Counted from the stretch's first letter, positions 45,274 to 55,721 are shown. The stretch: DNA of 64,000 bases from a bacterium (GCA_030429585.1 JAUIEU010000001.1:427994-491993), one strand, 5' to 3'. Program-made: numbers and translations. Notes: generated by a model from the letters alone, not told the origin.

Positions 45274-46916
45274 TAGATTAAGGGCCTTGATTGATAGGGT
45301 GTATGGGCTAGCGATGGGGCGTTAGGGTCGGCAGTAGGAGAATTAGCCTGACTTGCGGCACTTAGCATATCGTCCCCGAGTATGAGCGTCAATTGGCCGT
45401 TACTAGAGCAGTAGTTGCTTTCGTAGGTGCTGCCAACTGGGGCAATAACCCGTTGCATGCGTTGTACTTTGTTGTCGCTAAAGGTGTTTAAACGTTCCCG
45501 AAGTTGTGGCGAGGGCTGGTGGATAACCACGCGAGAGCGCGCTTGCTTTACGGTGCGGCGGCACACAATGCTAAACCCGCCACGCTCTAAGCGGTCTTCC
45601 CATTCGGGTAGGCGGTCTTCCCACCCTTGGGTAGACAGTATTCCGATAGGCAGTGGCGTTGTGCTGGCGTTTTGGCTGCCTTGGGCTGTGGTGGCCTCGT
45701 CGGTGGTGGGGATGGGATCTAAAATCATCCGGTTAATCATTTTTTTGGCCATGCCAGGGTTAATGGCCCAATAGCTGGCGTCTTCCATCACGGATTGCCC
45801 GGGTAGGGTGGCCACTTCTAAATCTTTGGGCGAAATATGCTTGGCAGCCCAGGCAGCCCGAAGCAATACATCCCACGGCATATTGGTTTGGATATGTTGC
45901 TGAAGGGTATCTAAAATGCCAGGCAGGCGGGCCAAGGTCCAGGGGTCTTTTAGCTTTTTGCTGAGGGCATTCATAAACACTTGTTGGCGGCGGATTCGCC
46001 CAATATCGCCTAAGCTATCATGGCGGAACCGAATGTAGGCCAAGGTTTGCTGGCCGCCTAAGTGGTGGGTGCCAGGGTCAAAATCAATGTGTAGGTTGCC
46101 GCTGTAATCGTGGTAGCGCATGGGGGCGTCCACGTATACATCCACGCCGCCAATGGCATCCACCAGGGCGGCAATACCTTGCAGGTTGACTACCACATAA
46201 TAATCCACGGGCACGCCGGTGGTGCGTTCTACCACGCTAACGGCGCGCTCCGGGCCGCCATAGGCAAAGGCGCCATTTATTTTGCCTACCCAGCCGTTCT
46301 CGCTTAAAAACACCTTACTATCTCGTGGGATGGAAATAGCCGATGCCGAGACAGCGTCATCTTCATTGCTAACCCGCAGTCGGCCCAACATCATGGTATC
46401 CGTGCGCACGTTTTTAAAGGCGTCTTCTGTGGTTTCGGCATCTGGGTTTACATCCACGCCCATGGCCAGTACCACCATGTTGGGGGGCAGGGGCATGCTA
46501 AACGCCCTGGGGATACTGGTCACCCAGCCACCTTCTTTACTGGGGGCGGGCAGCATATTAAGGATGGTTTTGCTGTTAATGGCAATAATAAAAATGGCCA
46601 AGCTGGTAAGCACGCCAAGGAAAATAGTGACCCAGCTAACCAGGGCTAAGCGGCGCTGCCGCAAGGCCTTTTTTTCGCTAAGCATGCGCAGTAGGGCTTG
46701 CGAGGCCAATTTTTGTGGCTTAGGGCGCCCAAGGGGGGCATCCGGGTGAGTGGGGGGGTCAGTAGGCGAGGGGGGCACGGGGGGTGAATCCGACGGGGTG
46801 GTAGGTTGTGGGGCAGGCGTGGTGGCGTGTGCTTTGGTGGGGCGACGTTTTTGCCGTTTGCCGCCTTGGGCGGCTTTGCCGTGGCGATGTTTAGAAGATG
46901 AGGAAGGACGCCGCAT
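45273..46916 (-). CDS. LytR-CpsA-Psr (LCP) family protein with LytR_C-like C-terminal domain
   Basis: Basic cytoplasmic tail, a single TM segment, and LCP core motifs RTDTMMLGRL, ISIPRDS and INGAFAYGG. The C-terminal extension resembles the LytR C-terminal domain. Confidence 0.85.
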   Translation of the reverse strand: MRRPSSSSKHRHGKAAQGGKRQKRRPTKAHATTPAPQPTTPSDSPPVPPSPTDPPTHPDAPLGRPKPQKLASQALLRMLSEKKALRQRRLALVSWVTIFLGVLTSLAIFIIAINSKTILNMLPAPSKEGGWVTSIPRAFSMPLPPNMVVLAMGVDVNPDAETTEDAFKNVRTDTMMLGRLRVSNEDDAVSASAISIPRDSKVFLSENGWVGKINGAFAYGGPERAVSVVERTTGVPVDYYVVVNLQGIAALVDAIGGVDVYVDAPMRYHDYSGNLHIDFDPGTHHLGGQQTLAYIRFRHDSLGDIGRIRRQQVFMNALSKKLKDPWTLARLPGILDTLQQHIQTNMPWDVLLRAAWAAKHISPKDLEVATLPGQSVMEDASYWAINPGMAKKMINRMILDPIPTTDEATTAQGSQNASTTPLPIGILSTQGWEDRLPEWEDRLERGGFSIVCRRTVKQARSRVVIHQPSPQLRERLNTFSDNKVQRMQRVIAPVGSTYESNYCSSNGQLTLILGDDMLSAASQANSPTADPNAPSLAHTPYQSRPLI

Positions 46917-47115
46917 GGGGATGAAAAAATACTGTAGAGGAAAATAAACAACAGTAGTAGGGCACTAAGGGTGTCAAGGCGCAGGGCCTATCCATCATCA
47001 GCGCAATACCAGCACATTATTGTACCCCAATAACAACGTGGGTGAAGCACAAGAAATGCTTGTTATAACGAACACCCCAATTTACCTAAGCGAGGCCATG
47101 CAACCTTAAACAATA

Positions 47116-47141
47116 CCCGCTGAAAGAAGACTTTCAGCGGG
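47116..47141 (-). terminator. Candidate terminator downstream of the 68-aa gene
   Basis: Perfect 11-bp stem CCCGCTGAAAG / CTTTCAGCGGG with a 4-nt loop. On the minus strand it is followed by TATTGTTT. Confidence 0.55.
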
Positions 47142-47182
47142 TGGTTATATAGATTGAGGGATAGGAACAGAATTTTTAGCCC

Positions 47183-47389
47183 TTATTTTTTTTCTTTAGG
47201 TGTAGGCTTAGGTGTCCCTTTCGTACTATTTCCAGGGGGGTTGGCAACTTTGGGGACTCCTTTTTTCCCATCCTTTTTTGCGCCAGAAAAAGTAACGGTG
47301 TCTTGGGCGGCTAAGTTAGCATAGGGTTTGCTAGCAATGGTTTGTGTGTTTGTGGCCCCAGAGAGTAAGGGTGCATTAGAAATTTGCAT
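47183..47389 (-). CDS. Hypothetical small protein (68 aa), Ser/Thr-rich N-terminus and Lys/Pro-rich C-terminus
   Basis: ORF followed by a strong hairpin. No recognisable domain. Confidence 0.45.
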   Translation of the reverse strand: MQISNAPLLSGATNTQTIASKPYANLAAQDTVTFSGAKKDGKKGVPKVANPPGNSTKGTPKPTPKEKK

Positions 47390-47523
47390 GATTGGATGTA
47401 AGCCTTCGTTTACTAGATGGTATTAAATATATTTATTAGGTGGGGTTAAAGCACCTAATTGTTAATGCTAAACCCACTAATAATTAAAAATTGCCCTAAC
47501 ACTTAGTTAAATGTGTTGAACGC

Positions 47524-47737
47524 TTAATCGTAGTCAACAATTCCGTCATCATCACCACTCGTGTCCAGGGTTTCGTCACCATCGTCGCCAGGTTCGCCGT
47601 TATTGCTAAACTGGGGGATAGTTTTAGTAAATGGTGTCAGCCTTAAGGGCTAGTGGCGTATACCCTGGGGAAAGGGTTGCTGCGTTAGTGGGCGCTGAAG
47701 CAATGTTAGCGACTGTTAGTGAGTTGAATAACAACAT
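47524..47737 (-). pseudogene. Split small ORF (37 codons plus a 43-codon continuation in the +1 frame), loosely similar to 47183-47389
   Basis: ATG at 47737 gives MLLFNSLTVANIASAPTNAATLSPGYTPLALKADTIY and stops at 47624-47626. The +1 frame continues PLRLTPFTKTIPQFSNNGEPGDDGDETLDTSGDDDGIVDYD to a stop at 47524-47526. Both pieces fall below the track cutoff. Confidence 0.35.
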
Positions 47738-47825
47738 AGGGGTACCTAAAAAATGTGCGTAGAAACGGCGTTTATTGTAAACGAAAGTGACTATGCAAGT
47801 ATAGTTGCAAGGTAAAGCTTAAAAA

Positions 47826-47903
47826 TGGCGGAGCGGACGAGACTCGAACTCGCGACCTCCTGCGTGACAGGCAGGCATTCTAACCAGACTGAACTACCGC
47901 TCC
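47826..47903 (-). tRNA. tRNA-Asp (anticodon GTC), CCA encoded
   Basis: The reverse complement GGAGCGGTAGTTCAGTCTGGTTAGAATGCCTGCCTGTCACGCAGGAGGTCGCGAGTTCGAGTCTCGTCCGCTCCGCCA folds as a cloverleaf. The anticodon loop is CTGTCAC, and the sequence is close to E. coli tRNA-Asp. Confidence 0.95.
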
Positions 47904-48091
47904 ACCATGAAGACGGGAATCACGTGTGCCCTAAAAACGGGCAACTGTGGTTCAGCCGTGGCCCAATGTTATAGCATAAGCCACAACCAAAATGGAACCC
48001 TTTTTGTGGGGATTTACTAAAAAAGGTGGAAGCTACTTTTTATTATGTTTGTAGAAAAAGCCAGTTAGCCCGACACTATTGGTGGGCAAGC

Positions 48092-49276
48092 CTACTTAAT
48101 GCGGCGCAGTAGGCTGCTATCGGTAGCTACTTCCACTTGCCCGGTTAATTCATCAATACGGGTGCGGATAAATTCGTTATTACGGCCTACGGGCTTAATG
48201 GCTAGCACATGGCGGTAGTAAAACAAGGCTTCTTTGCCCCGGCCAGCACGGTCTAGGGTAATGGCCAGGCCCAGGTAACCGCGGTGGAATTCTGGTGCAC
48301 GGCGGATTAACTCGCGGAAGAAGCCTTCGGCTTCGTCGTAATCGCCCTTGCGCAGGTAAATGCTGCCCAAGTTGTTGTAGGCGGGTAAAAATTCGGGGTC
48401 GTAATCTAGCACGCCTTCGTACAGGGTGGCGGCATAGGTTAGGTCGCCGTGTAGTTCTACCAGCAAGGCTAAGCCAAAGCGGGTGTCATTATCGGCCACA
48501 TCCAGCTTAAGGGTGCGTTCGTACCAGGTAATGGCGCGCTCTATGTTGCCGGTATCGTTGTAGGCTTTGGCAAGTTCGCGGGTTAGTTCTAAGCGTAATT
48601 CTTTGTTAAAGGCGCATAAGGGTAAGGCCTTGCGCAGGGTTTGGCAGGCCTCGTCGGCACGGCCCAGTTCTCGGTAGGTCTTGCCTAAGGCAATGTGGGC
48701 TTCTGGGTAATTAGCGTCTAGTGTAATGGCTTCCAGGTATTGTTCTTCGGCGCTATCCAGTTTGCCTTGGAAACGATACGCATCGCCGCGAACAAGGGCG
48801 TCGTAGGCGGTGCCGTGCTCTGCCCGGTGGGGGTGAGCGATTTGAGGCAGTTTTTCGGCCAGTTCTATCCGTTGGTTTACCAGCCGCTTAAGGGATTGGG
48901 GTAGGCCGGTAATGTTGCTACCCACACTGCTGCGCCCGTTTAAATTGCCGACGGATAATTTACCAGGGGTGTTGGCGGGCGCAGTTTGGGCTCTCTCTTC
49001 TTGCATCATGTTGGTCTCTTTGTTCTCGTCTCTCGTCCAAGGATTCCTAGGGAAGGATTGTACGTTTAGGACGGCCTGTTGAACCGTGTGGGCCGTATGC
49101 TTGGCAAACCCGGCAAAGCCAACTAAGGCACGCTGTAAGCCGCTGGGTAAGGCCACATTGGTGTGGGGCTTTTCGCCAGGTAGCTTAATTTGGCACACGG
49201 TAGGGCCGCTGAGGGACGGCTTGGTAACCAGTGTGTTAGGTTTTAGCGAGTGTTTAGGGGCTTTAGGGAAAACCAT
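48092..49276 (-). CDS. TPR-repeat protein
   Basis: The C-terminal ~270 aa is made of consecutive TPR units (AEEQYLEAITLDANYPEAH, ACQTLRKALPL, AITWYERTLKLD, AATLYEGVLDYDPEF, AEGFFRELIRRAPEF, ALFYYRHVLAIKP). The start is placed at ATG 49276; the track ORF starts at a TTG at 49312. Confidence 0.75.
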   Translation of the reverse strand: MVFPKAPKHSLKPNTLVTKPSLSGPTVCQIKLPGEKPHTNVALPSGLQRALVGFAGFAKHTAHTVQQAVLNVQSFPRNPWTRDENKETNMMQEERAQTAPANTPGKLSVGNLNGRSSVGSNITGLPQSLKRLVNQRIELAEKLPQIAHPHRAEHGTAYDALVRGDAYRFQGKLDSAEEQYLEAITLDANYPEAHIALGKTYRELGRADEACQTLRKALPLCAFNKELRLELTRELAKAYNDTGNIERAITWYERTLKLDVADNDTRFGLALLVELHGDLTYAATLYEGVLDYDPEFLPAYNNLGSIYLRKGDYDEAEGFFRELIRRAPEFHRGYLGLAITLDRAGRGKEALFYYRHVLAIKPVGRNNEFIRTRIDELTGQVEVATDSSLLRRIK

Positions 49277-49681
49277 AGTGGTGTCTCTTTTGTAATCCGT
49301 TTGCTTAACCAATTTGGTATCCGCTTTATCCGGGCCCAGAACCGGACAAGGGATGCCACAACAACCGGGGAAGAAGGCGTCCGAGGGGAAATCGAATCGC
49401 TTTAAACCCCTATACTATTTAGTGTAGATGTTTGCGACGGGAATAAAATCCACCAGTGGGTTAGGGGCAGGGGTTAAGGTTTGGTGCATAACTGGTGTAC
49501 ACCCATAGGTGTAGTGGCGCATAGCGAACCGAATTTACGATTGTTGTAATAAAACGACGCTGAATGGGCCGCATTGCCCTGCCTGCATATTGATAGGCCC
49601 CACTATATTGTTAAGCTTTGGCCGGTTTTGTTAGTAAATAACGCCTTATGGCCGTGCTAGGATAGGGGCTTATGGTTTGTT

Positions 49682-52618
49682 GTGCCCCGTGTTATGCCTG
49701 CTGCGTCGTCTTCTACAAAAAATACAAAAAAGCCTGCCACTGCTACTAAGGTTGCACCACCGGCTATTACCTTAAAAGGCGTGCGTACCCATAACCTTAA
49801 AAATATTTCGTGTAACATTCCTCATCGCACCTTTACGGTGGTAACGGGGGTCTCTGGGTCGGGTAAGTCATCGTTGGCGTTCGATACCTTATATGCCGAA
49901 GGGCAGCGCCGGTATGTGGAATCGTTAAGTACCTATGCACGCCAGTTTTTAGAGCGCCTAGAAAAGCCCGATGTAGACGACATTAACCATATATTGCCCG
50001 CCATTGCCCTAGAGCAAAAAAACAGCATCACTAATGCGCGCTCTACGGTGGGTACCGCCACCGAACTGGTCGATCAGCTACGGGTACTGTTTGCCCACCG
50101 CGGCCAAGTAGCGGCTAGCTTACCTACCGAATTACCAGCATGGGTAGCCAGCGCAGAAACCATTGATGAGCGCGAAACGATTTTACAGCACATGCAGGCC
50201 ATGCCAGAACGCACTAAGGTGTTGCTGGTGGCGCCGGCCCACATTCCTAAAGGTACCAGCGCAGAAGCATTTAAGCGCTTGGTAGGCGCGTGGCAGCATA
50301 ACGGGCTAGTGCGTTGGGTAGATAAAGACGGCGAGGTGCACGCCCTTGCGGAAAATCCTCCTAAGCTTCGTGCCTTTAGTCAGTCCCCTTTGTTGGTGTT
50401 GGATAGACTGGTGACCAAACCGGCCATGGATGCCAAGCGCCTGTGGGAAGCCGTGGATGTAGCGGTTAAGTTACAGCACCCAGCGGCCCAAACCCCATTT
50501 TGGCCGGTGCCTGCCACCACGTGGGTGGGGGTATTGCCTGTAGATGATACCCATGCCGATGCCTTTTTAATGGCACCTACCACTAAGCTTACGCCACAGC
50601 ATTTGGCCTTTAATCACCCGCTAGGGGCCTGTACCACCTGCCAAGGCTACGGGCGCGTTATTGGGCTAGATATGGCCAAAGTTATCCCTAACCGAGATAT
50701 ATCGCTGGCAGAAGGCGCGGTGCACCCCTTTAACACCCCCGCCGCCCAAGAAGATTACGACCGTTTAATGGATTTGTGTAAGCGCGAAAAAATCCCCACC
50801 GGTATTCCGTTTAAAGATTTATCCGAAGATCAACAACACACCGTTATGGAAGCCGATGGCGGGGTTCGTCCGTTTTTTGATTGGTTAGAAACCAAGCGCT
50901 ACAAAATGCATGTGCGTGTGTTTTTGGCTAAATACCGTGGGTTTTACCCCTGCACCGCGTGCAACGGCGATCGCTTAAACAGTGTGGCTCGTAGTGCCAC
51001 CTTGGCTGTTGATGGTTACGAGGACACAACCTTGCCCCAAACCTGTGGGTGGCCATTGCAAAACCTTGCCCAATGGGTAACGGCCATGGCAGATGGCTTA
51101 GATGCAGAGCACGATAAAGTACTGGCCCGCATGTGCCACGAAATGCTGGCCCGGCTAAATACACTGGTAGATTTAGGCTTGGGCTACCTAACCTTATCGC
51201 GGCAATCGCGTACCCTTAGTGGTGGCGAAATGCAACGTATCCAGCTAACCAGTGCCATTGGCGCATGGCTAACCGATACTTTGTATGTGTTTGATGAGCC
51301 GACGGTAGGCTTGCATGCGCGAGATACAGAGCAATTACTCGGCGTGTTGGCCCGCCTGCGCGATTTGGGCAATACTTTGGTGGTGGTAGAGCACGACCCG
51401 GATATGATCCTTGGTGCGGACCACATTATTGACCTTGGCCCCAAGGCAGGCACCGGTGGGGGCCGTATTGTATTTGACGGGGCGCCGAACGCCTTATTGG
51501 TAGATAACACTTCTGCCACGGCGGCGGGCCTACGAGACTACCAGCAAAACACCATCCCCGATGCCAGCACCGTTAAACTGGGCGCAAAAAAAGACTGGCT
51601 CAGCATTACCGGCGCTAGTGGTAATAATCTTAAAGATGTAACGGTAAGCCTGCCCACTACGGGGCTGGTAGCGATTGTGGGTGTCTCCGGTAGTGGCAAA
51701 TCTACCCTAATAAAGCACACCTTGTTTGCCAATGTGCAGCATAAGCAGGGCAAATACTTAGAACTTGACGCTGCCCCCGTGGATAGTATTACGGGCACCG
51801 ACCGTTTTGCCGATGTTATTTTGGTAGATCAAACCCCGCCGGGGCGATCGCAACGGAGCAACCCTGCTACCTATGTTAAGGCGTGGGATGGCATCCGTAA
51901 GCTGTATGGTAACCACCGACAGGCTAAGGCGCTGGGGTTAAGCCCAAGTGATTTTAGCTTTAACCGCCCCGGTGGCCGCTGCGAAACCTGCGAAGGTTTG
52001 GGCTTTGTCACTATAGATATGCAATTTATGGCGGATGTGGTGATGACTTGCACCGATTGCCACGGGCGCCGATTTAGCCCGCAAGTGCTTAGCATTGCGT
52101 TAAACGATAAAACGATTGATGACGTGCTGGCCATGACGGTTGAGGACGCTATTACCTTTTTTAATGCAGCCAACACCAAGGCCCCCAAAACCGAGGCCGA
52201 TATTGTTAAACGCCTAACCGCCCTGCATACCATTGGGCTGGGGTATTTAACCTTAGGGCAAGCTACTAGTACCATTAGCGGCGGCGAAGCCCAACGGATG
52301 AAGCTAGCGAGTTATCTGCTAGAGAGCAATAAAGCCCTTGCTAAGCCGTATTTGTTTATGTTCGATGAGCCGACCACAGGCTTGCATATGCAGGATATTG
52401 ATACCCTGATTACCGTACTGCAGCGCTTGGTGGATGCTGGCCATGGCGTACTGGTGATAGAACACCACCTGCAATTAATAGCCGCTGCGGATTATGTGGT
52501 AGAGCTTGGCCCAGAAGGGGGCGATGCGGGTGGCGAATTAGTATTTGCTGGCACGCAAACGGATTTTCGTGCGTGCACTGCTAGCCCCACGGCCCAGTGT
52601 TTGCCAGTTATTAACTAA
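49682..52618 (+). CDS. uvrA: Excinuclease ABC subunit A
   Basis: Collinear with E. coli UvrA: GVRTHNLKNI, both Walker A motifs (GVSGSGKSS / GVSGSGKST), both LSGGE signatures, both Walker B motifs, and the GACTTCQGYG and PCTACNGDRL zinc motifs. The start is GTG 49682 or ATG 49694. Confidence 0.88.
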   Translation: MPRVMPAASSSTKNTKKPATATKVAPPAITLKGVRTHNLKNISCNIPHRTFTVVTGVSGSGKSSLAFDTLYAEGQRRYVESLSTYARQFLERLEKPDVDDINHILPAIALEQKNSITNARSTVGTATELVDQLRVLFAHRGQVAASLPTELPAWVASAETIDERETILQHMQAMPERTKVLLVAPAHIPKGTSAEAFKRLVGAWQHNGLVRWVDKDGEVHALAENPPKLRAFSQSPLLVLDRLVTKPAMDAKRLWEAVDVAVKLQHPAAQTPFWPVPATTWVGVLPVDDTHADAFLMAPTTKLTPQHLAFNHPLGACTTCQGYGRVIGLDMAKVIPNRDISLAEGAVHPFNTPAAQEDYDRLMDLCKREKIPTGIPFKDLSEDQQHTVMEADGGVRPFFDWLETKRYKMHVRVFLAKYRGFYPCTACNGDRLNSVARSATLAVDGYEDTTLPQTCGWPLQNLAQWVTAMADGLDAEHDKVLARMCHEMLARLNTLVDLGLGYLTLSRQSRTLSGGEMQRIQLTSAIGAWLTDTLYVFDEPTVGLHARDTEQLLGVLARLRDLGNTLVVVEHDPDMILGADHIIDLGPKAGTGGGRIVFDGAPNALLVDNTSATAAGLRDYQQNTIPDASTVKLGAKKDWLSITGASGNNLKDVTVSLPTTGLVAIVGVSGSGKSTLIKHTLFANVQHKQGKYLELDAAPVDSITGTDRFADVILVDQTPPGRSQRSNPATYVKAWDGIRKLYGNHRQAKALGLSPSDFSFNRPGGRCETCEGLGFVTIDMQFMADVVMTCTDCHGRRFSPQVLSIALNDKTIDDVLAMTVEDAITFFNAANTKAPKTEADIVKRLTALHTIGLGYLTLGQATSTISGGEAQRMKLASYLLESNKALAKPYLFMFDEPTTGLHMQDIDTLITVLQRLVDAGHGVLVIEHHLQLIAAADYVVELGPEGGDAGGELVFAGTQTDFRACTASPTAQCLPVIN

Positions 52619-52654
52619 CAACAATTTTGTATTACCAGTATTTATACAGTTGCT

Positions 52655-53467
52655 ATGACTAAGCTTAATAAGCCATTAACTATTTTAAAGCAAAGTATTG
52701 GTCAGGTGACTAAGCAAAAACTTGGTAAAAAATGGAAACCTGACGAAGAAACGCTAAGCCATATACTGGATGAATACCAGGCATTACCTAAGGATAAAAG
52801 GCCTGATATTGCTGATTTAAACAATCCAAAAGGAATAGATTTTTTAACGGATACTACTTTTTTATTAGCGGATGTTAAACGTCGGTTTAAGAGTGTTTCG
52901 GATACTCGCTATAGCGAAATTGGTGATGTTTATGATGCATTACGAAAAAAAATGGATCCGCTTGAATTTATGAGATTAACGCAACAAAAAATATTCGATA
53001 TAGCCGAAAGATTATCTAAATCAGACAAGCAAAAAATTAAAAAACTTTCCGCACAGGTGAGTAATGAATATGGACGACGCTGGGGAAGTTGGCAGCAAGT
53101 TGGTGAAGGCTTAATTCGTCATAAAAAAGATCACAAAGCTATTTTTAGGGCGTGGCCTGTTAGCATGGAAGAACTTTCTGGTGTGCATCAAAATGTAGAG
53201 GCGCTTAAAAGTCTTAATGACTATATGCACATGTTTTCGCTGGGCAATAAAAGCCTAAAGCCGAATAAACTAGCTGGTGCAATTAAAGAACAGTCTCAGA
53301 CACTTACTGATTCTACAGCCCTATCAAAGATGCTAACTAAACCCACTAATACAAAAAGGCCTGATATTCCATCTGATTTTAATGTGTACCAACAACAATG
53401 GAGAGAGTTAAGAAAGGATAGAGAAAGGGATATTGTGGCTACGTTGAAAGACAAATACCAGTGGTAG
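52655..53467 (+). CDS. Hypothetical protein (270 aa), AT-rich orphan
   Basis: ORF only, Lys-rich. One sampled 60-nt line (52681-52740) has 19 G+C. No recognisable domain. Confidence 0.5.
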   Translation: MTKLNKPLTILKQSIGQVTKQKLGKKWKPDEETLSHILDEYQALPKDKRPDIADLNNPKGIDFLTDTTFLLADVKRRFKSVSDTRYSEIGDVYDALRKKMDPLEFMRLTQQKIFDIAERLSKSDKQKIKKLSAQVSNEYGRRWGSWQQVGEGLIRHKKDHKAIFRAWPVSMEELSGVHQNVEALKSLNDYMHMFSLGNKSLKPNKLAGAIKEQSQTLTDSTALSKMLTKPTNTKRPDIPSDFNVYQQQWRELRKDRERDIVATLKDKYQW

Positions 53468-53528
53468 CTAAATTATTAAAGATGTTGCAGTACAATGGGT
53501 GTGTTGAATGAGGTAGGGCAACGGCGTT

Positions 53529-55721
53529 ATGCGTGTATTTCCGGGTAAACCATACCCCTTAGGGGCCAGCTGGGATGGGCTTGGCGTTAATATAGCCCTG
53601 TTTAGCGAGCATGCTAGCCGGGTAGAACTATGCCTATTTGATAGCGCAACGACCACCACCGAAAGCGCCCGTATTCCCCTGCCGGAATACACCAACCACG
53701 TGTGGCATGGGTATTTCCCAGATATGCGCCCCGGGCAAGTGTACGGCTTTAGGGTGCATGGGCCTTGGGCGCCCAAGCAAGGGCATTGGTTTAACCCTAA
53801 TAAACTATTGGTAGACCCTTACGCAAAATCTGTGGTTCGTGCGGTAGAGTGGGATAACAGCCTGTATGGTTACCAGGTGGGCAGCCCGGCTACCAATTTG
53901 GTAAAAGATACTACCGATAACGTTGCCCACGCCCCTTTGTGCGCTGTGGTAGATGATAGTTTTACCTGGGGCGACGATCGTCACCCTAATATCCCTTGGC
54001 ACAAAACCGTTATTTACGAGGCCCACGTGAAGGGGCTTACTAATCTTCACCCAGAATTACCCGAACACTTGCGTGGCACCTATGCCGGCGTGGCCAGCCG
54101 CCCCGTTATCGATCATCTTAAAAGCCTTGGCGTTACGGCTATTGAGTTAATGCCTGTGCATCACCGCGTGGATGACGAATTTTTAGTAAAGCAAGATAAA
54201 GTAAATTACTGGGGCTACAATACCCTTAGCTTTTTTGCCCCAGATATGCGCTACGGACGGGCCGAAGGCGCCAAGGCCGATGTGATTGGCCAAGGGGGCG
54301 ACCAAGTTCAAGAGTTTAAAACCATGGTGCGCGCTTTGCACGCGGCAGGCATCGAAGTGATTTTGGACGTGGTGTATAACCACACGGCAGAAGGCAATCA
54401 CATGGGGCCTACGTTGTGTTTCCGTGGGATTGATAACTATAACTATTATAAAACGGTGGAAAATCAGCCCCAGTTTTATATGGATTATACCGGCTGTGGT
54501 AACACGCTAAACATGCGCCACCCACGGGTATTGCAGTTACTTATGGATAGCCTGCGCTATTGGGTGCAAGAAATGCACGTGGATGGCTTTAGGTTTGACC
54601 TTGCTAGCGCCCTAGCCCGAGAGCTGTATGATGTGGATAAGCTGAGCGGCTTTTTTGATGTAATTCAGCAAGACCCCGTGATTTCTCAGGTTAAGCTAAT
54701 TGCCGAACCGTGGGATATTGGCAGTGGTGGCTACCAAGTGGGTAACTTCCCTGTATTGTGGACGGAATGGAACGGTAAATACCGCGATTGTGTACGCAAA
54801 TTTTGGAAGGGCGATAGTGGCCAACTAGCCGAACTGGCCAGCCGCATAACTGGCAGCAGCGATTTGTATGAGCACACTGGCAGGCGCCCTCATGCCAGCA
54901 TTAATTTTGTAACCTGCCACGATGGCTTTACCTTGCGGGATTTGGTGAGCTATAACGATAAGCACAACATGGCCAATGGCGAAGATAACCGCGATGGCGA
55001 CAGCCACAACAACAGCTGGAACTGTGGCGAAGAAGGCCCCACGGATAATGCTAACATCCGCCAATTGCGCGAGCGCCAACGCCGCAACCTGTTTGCCACG
55101 CTAGCCTTTAGTATTGGTGTGCCCATGCTTAGCGGTGGTGATGAACTTAGCCATACCCAGCACGGCAATAATAATGCCTACTGCCAAGATAATGAGCTTA
55201 GCTGGTACCCGTGGCAAATCAGCGCCATGGATGCCGAGTTTTTGGCGTTTGTACGGCAGGTGTTGGCCATCCGTCAGCGCCACCCTGTGTTTCAGCGGCG
55301 GCGATTTTTTAAGGGTGCCTTGTGTTTAGGTGATGTCAGTGGTGATGTGGAAAATGCCGTGTGCGATGGCGCCATTTATCGCGATGTGATTTGGCTAGCG
55401 CCCGATAACCGTGAGCTAACTGCCGCTGATTGGACGAACCCAGAAAACCGTGTACTGGGCATGATGCTGGAAGGCTACGGCCTGGATGAAATGGACGACG
55501 CCGGTAAACCCATTGTGGATAGCAGTTTGTTGTTGCTATTAAACGCCAGCGAGCACGATGTGGCCTTTACCTTGCCAGAACACCCCTTAGGTAAACAATG
55601 GCAATTGCAGCTAACCACTGTCGAGGGGGCCGATGGCCCATCACCCCAAACCGTGTGGGCCATGCAGGCAACCTACCCGCTGCGCAACCGCAGTTTTGCT
55701 TTGTTTGAATTAGCTGGCTAG
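53529..55721 (+). CDS. glgX: Glycogen debranching enzyme
   Basis: All GH13 conserved regions are intact: [22 protein letters not shown] and [11 protein letters not shown]. The GlgX-type N-terminus is [19 protein letters not shown]. Confidence 0.92.
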   Translation: MRVFPGKPYPLGASWDGLGVNIALFSEHASRVELCLFDSATTTTESARIPLPEYTNHVWHGYFPDMRPGQVYGFRVHGPWAPKQGHWFNPNKLLVDPYAKSVVRAVEWDNSLYGYQVGSPATNLVKDTTDNVAHAPLCAVVDDSFTWGDDRHPNIPWHKTVIYEAHVKGLTNLHPELPEHLRGTYAGVASRPVIDHLKSLGVTAIELMPVHHRVDDEFLVKQDKVNYWGYNTLSFFAPDMRYGRAEGAKADVIGQGGDQVQEFKTMVRALHAAGIEVILDVVYNHTAEGNHMGPTLCFRGIDNYNYYKTVENQPQFYMDYTGCGNTLNMRHPRVLQLLMDSLRYWVQEMHVDGFRFDLASALARELYDVDKLSGFFDVIQQDPVISQVKLIAEPWDIGSGGYQVGNFPVLWTEWNGKYRDCVRKFWKGDSGQLAELASRITGSSDLYEHTGRRPHASINFVTCHDGFTLRDLVSYNDKHNMANGEDNRDGDSHNNSWNCGEEGPTDNANIRQLRERQRRNLFATLAFSIGVPMLSGGDELSHTQHGNNNAYCQDNELSWYPWQISAMDAEFLAFVRQVLAIRQRHPVFQRRRFFKGALCLGDVSGDVENAVCDGAIYRDVIWLAPDNRELTAADWTNPENRVLGMMLEGYGLDEMDDAGKPIVDSSLLLLLNASEHDVAFTLPEHPLGKQWQLQLTTVEGADGPSPQTVWAMQATYPLRNRSFALFELAG

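Noticed and set aside
47183-48091. Possible genomic island integrated at tRNA-Asp
   Set aside because: There is no integrase or recombinase, and I could not see a direct repeat of the tRNA 3' end. Only two tiny ORFs lie on the 3' side.
49313-49681. SOS (LexA) box upstream of uvrA
   Set aside because: I found no match to the LexA consensus forms I know (CTGT-N8-ACAG, CGAACRNRYGTTYC, GTTC-N7-GTTC, RGTAC-N3-DGTWCB) in the 369-bp upstream region.
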